Positions 1-28,993 of a stretch of 64,000 bases of DNA are shown piece after piece. Source of the stretch: Amoebidium appalachense (Eukaryota; Protista; Ichthyosporea); the NCBI GenBank assembly GCA_963693365.1, contig CAVNZM010000007.1, forward strand, positions 310,001-374,000, written 5' to 3'. The notes under the pieces are model-generated. The model saw only the letters and a program-made list of their open reading frames with translations. It had not been told where the DNA came from and searched no databases. A program made the translations under genes and the position numbers. Position 1 is the first letter of the stretch. Each line of letters begins with the position of its first letter.

Positions 1-213
1 TTCCATGTTTGGATAACGTTGTTAGGGCCACGTGTGCCCTTGCGTTGTGTAGTCGATGTTATGCATACGGTTTTACACACACTGAGCGTTCTGCACTTTG
101 TTGTTCCCCACGTTACCTGAACCCATCGGCACATTTTTATTTTTTGCACTTCGTTCCCTTTCTATAGACACCATCATTTCACACGGACTGATAACCCTCG
201 CATGCACAGCATG

Positions 214-1210
214 TTACATGACTGATAGTAGATGAGTGAGAGATTGAGTACGAGTATGAGATTGTTGTAGACGCCTACTGGCTGGCCCAGGGCGCATAGC
301 CGTAGGATCGAAGTCTGCGAGAGAGGTGGCGTCGGTAGCACGTTGGATGATGCTTACGAGGGTATCACGGTAGCCGGCACACACAATGAACACTGTGTAG
401 CAACGGCCAATGAAGAACATGTCGGGAATCATTCGGTTGAGGACACCGAGGGTGTAAAGACGGTCACGCATGGTGCTGATGTTGGCCGGCACCATGGTGA
501 AGGCTGCAGTGGTCAACTCGGACTCGTCGGTACCCTCAGGGGCAGGGTCAGACGCCACCCGAGGGCGGCGGGTTGGGTGCCGTGCCGACGCTGCGGCAAG
601 GGCCGCCATGGCCTGGGTAGCCCCGTGGGTCTGGGCCACCGACTCGGCATACGTTTTGACTTCCTCGGACACGTACACGGCCTTGGCGTCCACTGTAGTG
701 CGGTACACCTTAGGGTTCGTTGTGGGTATGAACTTGGGAGACCCCGGGGGAGTGGGTAACCCATCGGGGGCTGCCTGTGCTGCAGGGGCCGGGCCCGCAT
801 GGGCAGGGCCAGTAGGGGGTGCCCGGTCAGCTTCCAGCTGCTGTAAGCGCGTCTCCATGTGCTGAACGAGGAGGTCCATGTGGTCCTGTTTGGCTTTGTA
901 CTCGGCTACTTGGGTTGTTAAGTCGGTGACTTGGGTGCGGAGCTGCTCATGATGCGCCATAAGTATTAGCACGGATTTCTTAGCCTTCTCGGGTATCAAG
1001 TGCAGTTGTTCTTTCGTAATAAAACTACTGGCTGGCGGCACGGCCGGTGGCCCTTTAACCTCGGGAAATTTAAGGGAACCTGATCCGCCCGGCTCTGTTT
1101 CGTTAACCTCTTATCTGGGGATTCTCCGTCCCGTGTATCACGTTTGCGGCTCCCAGGCGGTGTCCCAGGAGGGTCCGGGGACAAGGATACGTCCTGAGAA
1201 GCTTGCCATG
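214..1210 (-). mobile_element. Decayed non-LTR retrotransposon (LINE-like) ORF1/gag-like fragment
   Basis: Intronless, microsatellite-free 275-codon ORF (214-1041) with a coiled-coil stretch (EQLRTQVTDLTTQVAEYK...RLQQLEA), a Pro/Ala linker and a KTYAESVA motif resembling the SYAxxA motif of LINE ORF1 proteins. A frameshifted upstream piece (SPDPPGTPPGSRKR, 996-1184) looks like its N-terminus. A 17-bp tandem duplication lies upstream at ~1249-1283. No RT is visible. Confidence 0.45.
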
Positions 1211-1299
1211 GATGGGTTCTAGCTGCCCCTCTAGGGGCCTAAGTAGAGGTGGATGGATGAACGAAGTGGATGGATGAACGAAGCCAGGCCCTCAAGGGG

Positions 1300-1361
1300 T
1301 TTTGGCGCGAAATACCATATTTGGTTCTTTCTATTATCATTGGCTGGAATCAGCCAATCAG
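1300..1361. promoter_or_regulatory. E2F-like site and inverted CCAAT pair
   Basis: TTTTGGCGCGAAA at 1300-1312 and ATTGGCTG-gaat-CAGCCAAT at 1339-1358, ~550 bp upstream of the PWWP gene ATG. Confidence 0.35.
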
Positions 1362-1893
1362 CTGCGGCTACGAATCTGGGTCAAGTGACACGACTTGACT
1401 GAGTTGTTCAATGTGAACACACACAAACACGGTGACAAAGAAAGTTGGTAAACGTCTTGAACACAGTTGAATATGGCACTCGTTTGACAACATTTCGTTC
1501 TCTGTGCCAGTCTACTAGCCCTCCAGCGTATTCCATCGAGCGCTGATAGCACTGCACGCACCAAGCCTGTAGATTAACACATGTACATGAGTGCTGCTCT
1601 AAACAGCGGGGATTGTGGCGTGCTGCTCTAAACAGCAGGGATTGTGGCAATCTTACGCAAACTTGATGCTTGCACAAGGCGTCAAGAGTTGAAACTTTGG
1701 CGAAAACTCGTGAGCTCTTTAAAAAGTTTCATTATCAGTGGGCCAGTTAACGTTAGGCGAATCCCTGCAAGTGTCGTTGTATTTAACACCCTGGGTTTCT
1801 CTGCTACATAATACCACTCGCTTCGCATAGACACCTTCTTTGTGTCTTAGCTCAAGTTGTAACACTTTACCTTTTCGCATTCCTGTCATCACC

Positions 1894-18349
<16,456 letters not shown>

Positions 18350-18630
18350 GTGTGTATGGTGGATGATGAGCTGGCACACAGATACAGGTACACACAGCCA
18401 CATGTGCACGTATGCACACAGTGAGACAAAAAGGAGGCGGACAGACAGGTAGACAAAGTGGGAAGAGATGGAAGGATGCAGCTGAATGCTTGGATTTTTT
18501 ATTTTTTTTTAAAGTAAATAAATTAATATATAAAAATAGCAAAGGACCGTGAAGTTGGAAGGTTTAGATGTAAACTTTTGGACCAATTTGAATTGTATGT
18601 TTTTTACCCCCCCTTTCCCCCCCCCCCCCC

Positions 18631-18689
<59 letters not shown>

Positions 18690-18698
18690 CGGGGAATA

Positions 18699-18844
18699 GG
18701 TCGAAACTCGGGTACTGTGGATGACGTGGGCCCCCCCTGAGGATGGGCTCTGCTTATTATGCATACTCTTTATGTATGGCTTGCATTCTGCATCGTGTTA
18801 TCCGTTTGTTCTTGTGTACTTCGTACTTTTTGACGCATTCAAAA
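18699..18844. repeat. Diverged copy of the dispersed structured repeat also at 52955-53120 and 53237-53409
   Basis: Shared blocks GGTCGAAACTC, GATGAC..GGGCCC, CCCTGAGGATGGGCTCTGCTTAT..GCATACT, GTACTTCGTAC, GCATTCAAA. Confidence 0.8.
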
Positions 18845-19629
18845 CCCCCCCCCCCCCCCCCCTTTTTTTTTTTTGTTCTTAAAAACTAATTTAGCTACTT
18901 GTACTCCTTTTGCTGCACAAGAGAATCGTTGAATGAGGCTGAGGTACGATGATATAATAGTTCACGTCTGTGGGTGCTGTGGTTTTTTTTTAATACGTAT
19001 TGTTGTTTGTCACTGTCATGCTCCCGAGCTCGAATTGTGTTTATGCAGAAACAGGGAACTGGTTTTGCAGCTTTCCAAGGGTTCAGTGAGTGGAGCAGTT
19101 TTTTTTCTTTTGACTGGATTTATTCGACGGAAAGATATGCAAGTATGCACGGGAGCAGTTGCGGGGTCCTGTGCATATTTTAATCACATTTAGCTGTGGT
19201 TATCTCCGAGGAGATTGTGTATTGAAAATATCACTACTATCACTAATTATTTATTTGTACGTTTTGTCTCTGCCGGGCCGGGGGTATGTGCACAAGCGGC
19301 CATCGATGTTTACAATGTACGTTGAAGGAATCGTGTTTTAGGGGCTTGCAAAAAGATGATTAGCCATGTATTTGGGTATTTGGTCTCACTCGCTCGAAGG
19401 AACTGCATGCATCCGCATGATTGCAGTTGCATGCATGCCTTGCACTGCATGCTTCTTTTGTAAGGCCCGCCCCTTCGAATGCTCACAGCTCAGTCGACTA
19501 AACATGCAGGCTAGGGCTCTGCCTTTCGGCATAGCAATGAGCTTTTACAGCCACGTGCGCAACGGTATAAGTAATCAACACGTGTAGCGGGATTGATATT
19601 GCCACTTGCAACTGCTACCTTCTGAGGTA

Positions 19630-19714
19630 GCTCTTATTTTTCAAGGGCAAAGGGGACGCGGATGCCCCGGAGAGCGGCTGATCACGTGACTCACCTGCCC
19701 TTGAAAAATAGAGC
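19630..19714. mobile_element. 85-bp MITE-like fold-back element
   Basis: GCTCTTATTTTTCAAGGGCA (19630-19649) and TGCCCTTGAAAAATAGAGC (19696-19714) are inverted repeats with one indel. No clean TSD (TA left, CA right). Confidence 0.5.
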
Positions 19715-21077
19715 CAGCGTCGATTTATTATCAATCATCCGATGCATGAGGCTGCGCACTGCAAGTGCTACGTGCACACATGTATTCAGACGTGATCGAT
19801 GACTCCCGGCCTGTCTCTAGAGATCTCGAGAGAGTGTGTCATGTGCACACAGTAGACAGTTAACCGTTGGGCATCGATTTTCCGCACAGCCCATGCACTT
19901 TTGATCATGAAACACAGCTAGCTGACACGTGCACAGAAAGAGTGTGCTGGTAGTGGTCAACTGCCAAGTGGCACTTCGTGCGTGTTTTTGTGCCATTCCG
20001 AATAAAGCTATTCTTGGTTGTATTTCATTCGATAGGAGCGCATCCAATTTGTTTGTTTACATTCTTGGAGATTCTTGGACGATTCCAATTGGCCAATGCT
20101 AGAGTAATGATACAGTGGGCCCACACTGTCTAGAGGCCGAGTTCGGTGCTTCCACCGCCTCGGCTACTAAAAATTTACCCGTTAGAAAGACTTTTTACTT
20201 TTCCCCTAACAAAAGATAAAGAGAACAAGAAAATGGATACGAAAGGATATAGCCTGAAGTTTACAAAGCCATAGCCATGTGCGGCCGGGGCGTGAAGTCG
20301 TCTCCGGCCAGGATCCCTTCAGTCGCCTCCGCGATGACGTCACAGGAGCACAACGGCCAATCAGACGACACGCTATCTTTCGATCAAACCCTCAGATTTT
20401 AACATTGAGGGGGGCCTAAGGCAAATGTCATTTCTTGTAAACTTTTGCTGTACCTTTTCAACTGTAGTAGATAATAAAAAAACAGATAATAAAAAACTAG
20501 TATTTGGATAAAAACCTCGTTCATTTTGCTATTTTATATTTAAATAAAACCCTATGGGTGTTTATGCTACCTCTAGCTGATTTTACCTTGGGTATACTTT
20601 TATTTTTTTGAAACTGCCATAAAATATATCAAGAACCCCTTGATGCATGTGCATTCTAAATCTAGATCTTCGGCTGTGACAGCACATATTATGATGACTT
20701 TAGAATATGATATGGTCACCTATATGCCATTAAGTCGTAATATATGTATTGATAAATATATATATTTTTTAGTTCTTTTGGTGGTGGCATATATATCTAG
20801 GTTTTTTTTTTAAAAAAAAAAACAAAAAAAAACTGCCTGTCATTGCAGCAGCCTGCTGCTATTCTGATGGCGATGGTGATCCGATAAAAATAGAGTCGAA
20901 TGACCTAGGGGGATACCGTTTATTCATTCTGATTGGCTATCAATTGCGTATCTGGTGCATTGTCTGGAATTATATAAATTCTTTCACCCGACGCGCTAGC
21001 ACTCAGTTTTTTCTCCGTTCTCCGTTTCGTTTTTTCACCTTTGTTGAGACCGGGCCCTAACTTTCTCTCTAGCCAAC

Positions 21078-22437
21078 ATGTTGAACTACTGTGTTTTGGG
21101 TGCGCTCCTTGCGCTCTCCGCGCTATGCGATGGCGCAATAGAGCTCAACTTGCATAAGAAGGCGGGTGTGTCTGCACGCTCACTGCGGCGCCGCGCAGCC
21201 CCCAACGGCACCTTCCCCGTCACGCTGGTGGATGGGTTGAACTCTCCTGTTGCTGCTTACGTGGCTGATGTAAGAACATCCCCCCCCCCCTCCCCCCTCC
21301 CCCTCCTCCTCCCCCTCCCTCTCCCCTCTCCTTCCCCTTCTTTTTCCCTTTTCTCCCCCCCTCCCCTCTCCTTCTCGTTCTACTGCCAAAACTTCTACCA
21401 CTAGCTTCTTTTTCGTTGCTCTAACTTCGATGTTGAAAGGCGAACATAATATGGTTTGTAAGAAAGTCTTTGTGGTGTGCAGCACAGGGAAAGAGGATTA
21501 CGCAGTAGTTAGGAACAGTCACAGCCGTGCAAGTTGCAAGTTTTGTGTGATGAAACATGTCACTGCTACACGTTGCAGATAAACTCACACAGAACAGAGA
21601 AATACACCTTGCCAAGCAAATTTGTGCAAGAATGTTTGACCCATGCTGCGACGAATCAAGCAGACACACACACAGCCACGCAAGCACACAAAACATACAA
21701 AGTAATAAAATTGCTAAGACATTATGTCTCCTTGATTCTCACCACTTCACCTCATACAATACCAATTCTTCTTACTCCGGCTCCTAACACTCATGCCCTC
21801 CCTCCAGGTAACTGTCGGCACCCAGCTGTTCCAGTTCATCATGGACACGGGGTCCTCCGACCTTCTTGTTGTCGGTTCGGGCTGCAAGGCATATGCTGCG
21901 GGCACGTGCGCCCCCACAGCGGCCAGTCTGGGCACATGCACCTCAGATGGGCCCCTATCTCATGAGCGGAAACAACACGGGGCTGCTGGGGAATGATTGC
22001 TACGGCACAAGCAACGATCAGACGTTTGCAAACTACAGCATATTCACTGACAAGATCAGTTTTGGAGGGGCAACCGCTCCCACACAGTATCTTGGTGCTA
22101 TCACTGCCGAGACGGTGAACATGTGGGGGCAGGGCAGGGTGGAGGTCGATGGGTTGATGGGTCTCGCCTACCCTATTCTCTCTGCCATTTACGGGAAGAC
22201 AAACGGTGCAGGCACACCTGTTCTCAACACACTCGTTAACCAGGGTGCTATTGCAAACTCCTTTGCAATGTGTTTCAATCCCTCTGGCACGGGCGGTCTG
22301 ATGGTGCTTGGGGGCGGTGTGCTGCCCAACCTGCAGTACACGCCCATCACCCAGCAGCAGTGGTACATGGTCGGTATGAGCTCTATGAGTATAAACGGCA
22401 CAGCACTGACGCTTCAGCCAGGTAAGGGTGTGTGTGT

Positions 22438-22468
<31 letters not shown>

Positions 22469-23178
22469 GAAGTGGGGGGAAAGAGATGGTGGGCAGGGGG
22501 TTGGAGGTGGGGGTGGGGGGTGGGGCGGAGGGAGCTGGTAGGTGAGGGGGGAGGGGGTTGGGGAAGGTGGGTGGGGCGGGGAGGGGGGGGATTGCGTGGG
22601 GAGTTGTGAGGTGTGGGAAGATGGTGGGTTTGATAATCTGTGGGGAACGAGAACTGGAAAGTACTCTTGGAAGAGGAGAGTGTGTTTTGGGTGTGTGTGT
22701 AGGGGGGCGGAAGGGGGTGTGTGTGGGGAGAGGGAGGGGAGGAAGGGGGGGGGAGGGGGGGGGGGGGGGGGGGGGGAGGAGGCTAGGCAGTAGCAGGTGT
22801 GTTAGAGCTGGTGTGTGGATATGGCCAACCAGGCAGAAACAGCGGTGGGGATCCAGGGAGTTGTGTGTGGTGGTGGTGGTGTGCTTTTTTTATATATTTT
22901 TATTTTATTTTTATTTTTTATTTTATTTTTTTTGGGGGGGGGGGGTTGTAGACACAGCCTTCACCTTCACCTATGCATACTTGTTCTGCATGACCGGCTA
23001 CCTCTTATTCATTTTAATCTTCGCCCCTGCCCCAACTCCCTCCACCCCCCCCTGCCTTTGACCCATCCTTCCCCACCGCCCAATCCTTGGCTTCAAACCC
23101 ATGCCTGCACCACTTCCTTACGTGCACGTGCATGCACTGCCTCCAAGCCCACACCCTCATCAATCCACCCCCCTTCCT

Positions 23179-23217
<39 letters not shown>

Positions 23218-23392
23218 GCCACCACCACCGTCACCACCGCCACCACTCTCCATCCCAACCATACACACACACACACACACAAAGAAAAGACTAGGTACGA
23301 TATAGTATGTCATCTTTTTTGAATACTTGCATATCCACACTACGGTGTTGTGTGTGTGTGAGAGCTTCATACTGGGTACCCGTTTTAACCGA

Positions 23393-23423
<31 letters not shown>

Positions 23424-23454
23424 CCTCCCCTCCCCCTTTCTCACCCTCTCCCCC

Positions 23455-23485
<31 letters not shown>

Positions 23486-24033
23486 ACACGTACACACACA
23501 CGTACAGGCTGGCAGACGATAGTAGACAGCGGCACCTCTGACCTCGTAGTGCCCGGGGAGACGCTAGTGGCCATAGCCAATGTGCTGTGCCCTGCACTGG
23601 TTGCTGCCGGTGCACCCCCCACCGTGTGCACACAGACCACAAATGGGCTGCAGGTCACACAAAACATCGTTATGATGAGCCCAAGCGTGGTACGTGCACA
23701 AAAGGAAAACAAATAATATCTCCCCTCCCCCCCCCCCCCCCTCCCCCCTCCCCACCCCACCCCCCCATTTCCCCTGCTCCACCCACACACCCGACCCCCT
23801 TAACCCCCTCCCCCCCCCCCCCCCCCCCACCACCACCACCACCACCACCACCACCATCCATTCGGGCTGCAAAACACATGCACATAGGGTCATACGGCGC
23901 TCAGAGTAGATGGGCTGCAGTCTCGTGCATGCAGTAGATGTGGGTCCGTGGCATGATAGGCTTTAGAGCCATTTTCTTGTTTGTGGAGTGGTGGGGGATT
24001 TGGGGGATTTCCGGCCCACGTGTGTGTGTCTGT

Positions 24034-24067
<34 letters not shown>

Positions 24068-25143
24068 CAGGTGGTGATGGTGAGGGAGGGGGGGGGGGGG
24101 GGGGGGGGGTTGATGGTGTAGGAGGACGATAGAAAGGAGCAAAAGGGAATGGGGAGGAGAAGTGCTTTTTTCCAGGAGCGTTGTTTCCCACCCCTTTATT
24201 GCAAGGCCCGTATGGCTGTGTGTCGCTTGAAGAAGCTGCACTATGGAACGTTTTTGTTCCTTTTCTGGTAATGCGTAGCAAGTTTGTTCCAACATGCCCC
24301 TCCCCCCCTCCCCCCACCTCTCCCCCTCCCCCCCCCCCCCCCCCCCCCCAACACACACACACACACACACACACTCAAACCCCTTTCACGCGGATGGATC
24401 GCAACCGTCTGTCTCCAGCCCTTCCTTGCACAAGTTGTTGCTGTCATGCAAACACACACCAAGACAGACTTCGCTCTCTTTTAACACACATGAACATACA
24501 GTAACCCATCCCCAACATCCTCCCCTCCTTCCTTCCCTCCCCTCCCCCCCCCCCCCCCCACACACACACACACACACACACGCACGTACACACACACCAC
24601 CACCACCCTAAAACCAAAACCAAAACCAAAAAAAGAATCAGACGCATGCCAAAGTGCAGGACACACACACACGTACACACACACACACACACGTACACAC
24701 ATACACGTACACACACACATACACGTACACACACACATACACACACACACATACACACACACACACAGATCTCCCAGCTCCCCAACATCACCATCAGCCT
24801 ACCAGGTGTGACCGTCACCGTGCCCCCCACCAACTACTTCCAGAACCTCGGAGCAGCAAGCGCGGGCACAAACGCATACTCCTACGGCATATCAACAGAT
24901 GGGCTGTTCTACGGTTCACGAAACTCGGTGTCGATTATTCTCGGCGACGTATTCCTGCAGGGCCAGTGGGTGTATTTCGATCGAATTAATAGTCGGGTCG
25001 GGTTTGCACCAATCACGACGTGCCAGAGCCAGAACTATAGCAATGCGGCACCGCCTACGAGTGATGGGGTGATGGTGTGTGCTGGTCCAATTAATGTGTG
25101 GGTGGCGGTGGTGGCTACTGTGGCTGCTGTATTGGCTCTGTAA
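21078..25143 (+). CDS. Pepsin-family (A1) aspartic protease, BACE-like, secreted with C-terminal membrane/GPI anchor
   Basis: Signal peptide [19 protein letters not shown]; catalytic motifs [10 protein letters not shown] and [10 protein letters not shown]; DGLMGLAY; [25 protein letters not shown]; hydrophobic tail. Exons 21078-21269, 21808-22421, 23508-23689, 24769-25143. One extra C in the CCCC at 21952-21955 shifts the frame. Confidence 0.92.
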
Positions 25144-25849
25144 AGCCATAAATTAATCAAAGGAATACATGGAAGGAATGTGAAAGATGTAAAGGTTGTG
25201 ATGCTCATATATGGAAAGGAATGCATGCATGGAATGTGGGCTATAGGGGTTACGATACCATTTATGGAAAGGAATGCATGCAAGGAATGAGGGTTGTAGA
25301 GGTTATCATGAAGGATCGTGGTCGATAAGTATATATTATCATTTTTAAATTTAGCGAGTGGCTAGCGGGCATGTGGATAGCAACTGCCCTGCGGTATGCA
25401 GTAGGTGGGGAGTGTTTTTCAGTTATCTGTAACACTAAACCTTATAGTCGTGTCAAGATATAACGGTATGTCCATGCAGGCGTGGACATAGTTCTTTAAG
25501 TGTTTGGGCACACAGGTGTGCCTACATAAGTGGTGTGGTTGAGGTAGTAGTGTTGCCAAATATGGCAAATGTGCAATGTATGCCGGGTGTTATAGTGAAT
25601 CATGAATATGCATGTGCATTTGAGTGTCACAAGTTATTATGGAGAATAAATGGGCCTTGCAAGTGCTTGCTGATGATCCTAAAATCTCATGATGAAATGC
25701 TAGCTGGTAGGCCGGCAGCCTCGGACAGGTATGATCAGATTACGCCTTACACAACCAGGTATTCAACAGAACACATGTGCGCGTGCGCGCGCACACGCAC
25801 ACACACACACAAGCACACACACACACACACACACACAAACATGTACACA

Positions 25850-25915
<66 letters not shown>

Positions 25916-26177
25916 TGTATATACTCATGCCATAGAAAAAAGAAAGGAAAAAAAACATCAATGGCACACACATCCTTCTCACCATCATTCCTCTCTCTGT
26001 TTCCCGACCATCCCTTTTAGATGATTGAACCCACAAACCAGAATATTCTATCCTTACTGGCCCACACCTATGCCCTGGACCAATGCTGATCCTTGGCTTG
26101 GCTTCCCGTGTGTGGTCATATTGAGCATTCTTGGTTTTCAAACGGGGAGGAGGGCAGTAGTCTTTTTTTTTTTTTTT

Positions 26178-26266
<89 letters not shown>

Positions 26267-26829
26267 CCACCATCATGAGAGCAACGTGAGCAGGTGCAAA
26301 CCGTAAACATTGGAGGTTACTAGTACTAGGACTCCTTGATCGCCCGAAACTCAGGTTGCACTGTGCGGTCATGCTAGCGCTCGAGCCCTCTCTCTCTCTC
26401 CTCCCCCACCAGCATCCCCTCCCTATCCTTCTTCCTTTGCGGGCCTGGGGGGGAATGGGGGGAGAGAGGGAGGGGGGGGGGGGGGGGGGGGAGAGAGGGG
26501 GAAAGGACCCCACGAAGGGGGTCCCCTTCTCCCTCCCCCTCCCCTCTCCCCCCACCCACCCTAGCCCACCATCCAGTGGGGAGGGGAGGGTGGTTTGCAA
26601 GGGCCGGACATCAATATTTACTTTCCCCCCCCCCCCATTTCAAGTTTGAAATCACTTCATCGTGCTCCGGGCCGGGAGGTTGTCTAAGAGAAGAAACGGG
26701 AGACGAGTTTGGACGACGTGGGGAAGCCTTGATAATGGGGAAGGGTAAAGGTGACACGGTTGCACAGATGAATTTTTTTTTTTTTTTAATTAACCTTAGT
26801 TTGCACATCCGTAGCACACTTTCACACCT

Positions 26830-27140
26830 GAAAGTCACAGAAAACATCACCAGGGCCGTTAAATTTAAAGGGCATGGCATGCATTCAGCGGTCATTTGGG
26901 GGGCGGCCAAAGACTTTCACCACTGTATCTATGGCACTTATGCCTCCGGGTTCAACATTCAGTCGGGGGCACTTGGCCACAATGGCTGCACAAGCAAGGG
27001 CCAAAGTAGGTCGCCCATGTGAAAACCAGACCGAGGCACAAGATTGCGGTGGTTGGTTTCGGGGCATTAGATTGTTGGGCCAACTTGCTGATGCCATCCT
27101 AATCCGGGCGAAACAGGATTCGTGTAATTATAAGTTTCAA
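26830..27140 (+). mobile_element. Possible Penelope-like element relic (GIY-YIG C-terminus followed by a degenerate hammerhead-like motif)
   Basis: Translation ...CIYGTYASGFNIQSG resembles the GIY-YIG C-terminal 'I..Y.T..P.G.N' motif. About 120 bp downstream lies CTGAT-GCC...GGC-GAAACA...TGTA (27088-27126). Confidence 0.25.
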
Positions 27141-27640
27141 AGGCTCCCTGACTCAATAATTAGTGGCAATGCACCAGAGCATTATTATGTAACAACTCAA
27201 TCTTGGCTCCCACCATATTATGTCTCTCCTTGCTTCCCACATAATATGTGTGATATCTGTGTCATCCAGCTAATTAATGGCATATTCGAATTCAAACCGC
27301 CCTCCAGCCCGTATGTTTCATTCGATGTGTGTTTTTGCCCAATGCGACTGTGTATGTGTGTGTAATATGTGTCATGGTGTGTGTGTGTGTCCCTGGAAGA
27401 AGGGGGGGGGGGAGTAGGAGGGGGGGGGGGGGGGGGGGGGAGGGGGGGGGGGGAGGGGGGATTGATTTGCTAAAAGCAGCATGCATCATTAAGTGAAGGC
27501 ATATAATAATGAAAAAAGCACCCATTCTTTGCTGAAAGCAGACTCTCCTAGAAACTGAATAGAAAGACTCAAAGCGCCCTACCCCATACCCCTCCCCTCC
27601 TCTCCCAAAAGACACTTTGAAACACACATAGACCTCTCCC

Positions 27641-27689
<49 letters not shown>

Positions 27690-28516
27690 CCCTACCCATC
27701 CCAGGGGCCCTCCAACCTCTCTTGGCAAGGGCTACTGCAAACACCCGCACACACACAAAGATGCGCAGCACATGTGAACCCCCCCCCCCCCCCCCTCCCC
27801 CCCTCCCCCCTCCCCTCCCTGCACACCCCCCCCACCCCGAATTGAATATACACGTGTCACCCAGCAGCCCAGCGCCACTACCAGACCTGTCCATTACCCA
27901 CGCCAACTTGCCGTCTAACCCCCTTCCCCCCCCCCCCCCCTCCCCCCCCCCCCCCCCCCCCCCCCTCTTTCTTCCCCTCGTGCATATGTGGGGACGGTTT
28001 AACTCGCCTCGTTTCATTATTAGAGGATTCAACGGTCTCAACCACTTTTTTTTTCCATTTTTCTTTTCTTGTCCGTTTTTTTTCTTCTTCTCCTTTTTTT
28101 TTTTTTTAACGTAGGTTAATATGTGTTCTGCGCGGACGGATTTTCTGTCTGAACGCTATCGCCTGATTGCATGACATGGCGAGCTTCCATGTCTGCAATA
28201 CGAATGAATAAAACTTAATTCGGAGACATGACAGGTGGGTGGGAAATTTGGGCCGGATACAACATCTATCGGGTGTGTGGGTTGTGCATGTGCGTGCACG
28301 CGCATGTCCATTTGTTGGTTGTGCAGATGTACTGGCCAGTGTGCCCGTGCATGTACGTGCGTGGATAATTTCACACAACTGAAAAGGCACAAAAAAGCGT
28401 GAGTTGAGAGCCGTTAAAGAAGCAGTGCAGTTGAGGGATTTGTCATGCGAACAACTTGAAGACAAAACTTTGGCAGGGGTAGGAGTATGATAACCTCCTC
28501 CCCCCTCCCCCCCCCC

Positions 28517-28568
<52 letters not shown>

Positions 28569-28942
28569 GGCCCCCTCACCTAAGTTAAATAGATGTGATC
28601 GTGCGTAGCAGGAGTTCGGGCTTGGCCATTGGAGATGTATTGTGTGTTGAACTTCGTGGTATTCCTCTTCCTCCCCCCTCTCCCCCCCCCCCCCCCCCCC
28701 CCCCCTCCCCCCACCCCCCACCGGGACGCCCCCCCTCCCCCCGATACCCGGCGCCCCTTAAGCTTAAGGCCCGCATACATGTACATGTTTTTGTGTGTGT
28801 GTATGTGCATGCGCGCACGTGCATGCGCGCCGTGCCTGTGGGCGTGCGTGCATGCATGCGTGCGTGTGTGCGTGTGTGCGTGCGTGCGTGTGCATGTGCG
28901 TGTGTGTGTGTGTGTGCATTTGTGTGTGACTGAGCGTGCGTG

Positions 28943-28993
<51 letters not shown>

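Noticed and set aside
25665-25715. CTGATGA...GAAA hammerhead-like motif
   Set aside because: Stems I-III do not pair convincingly.
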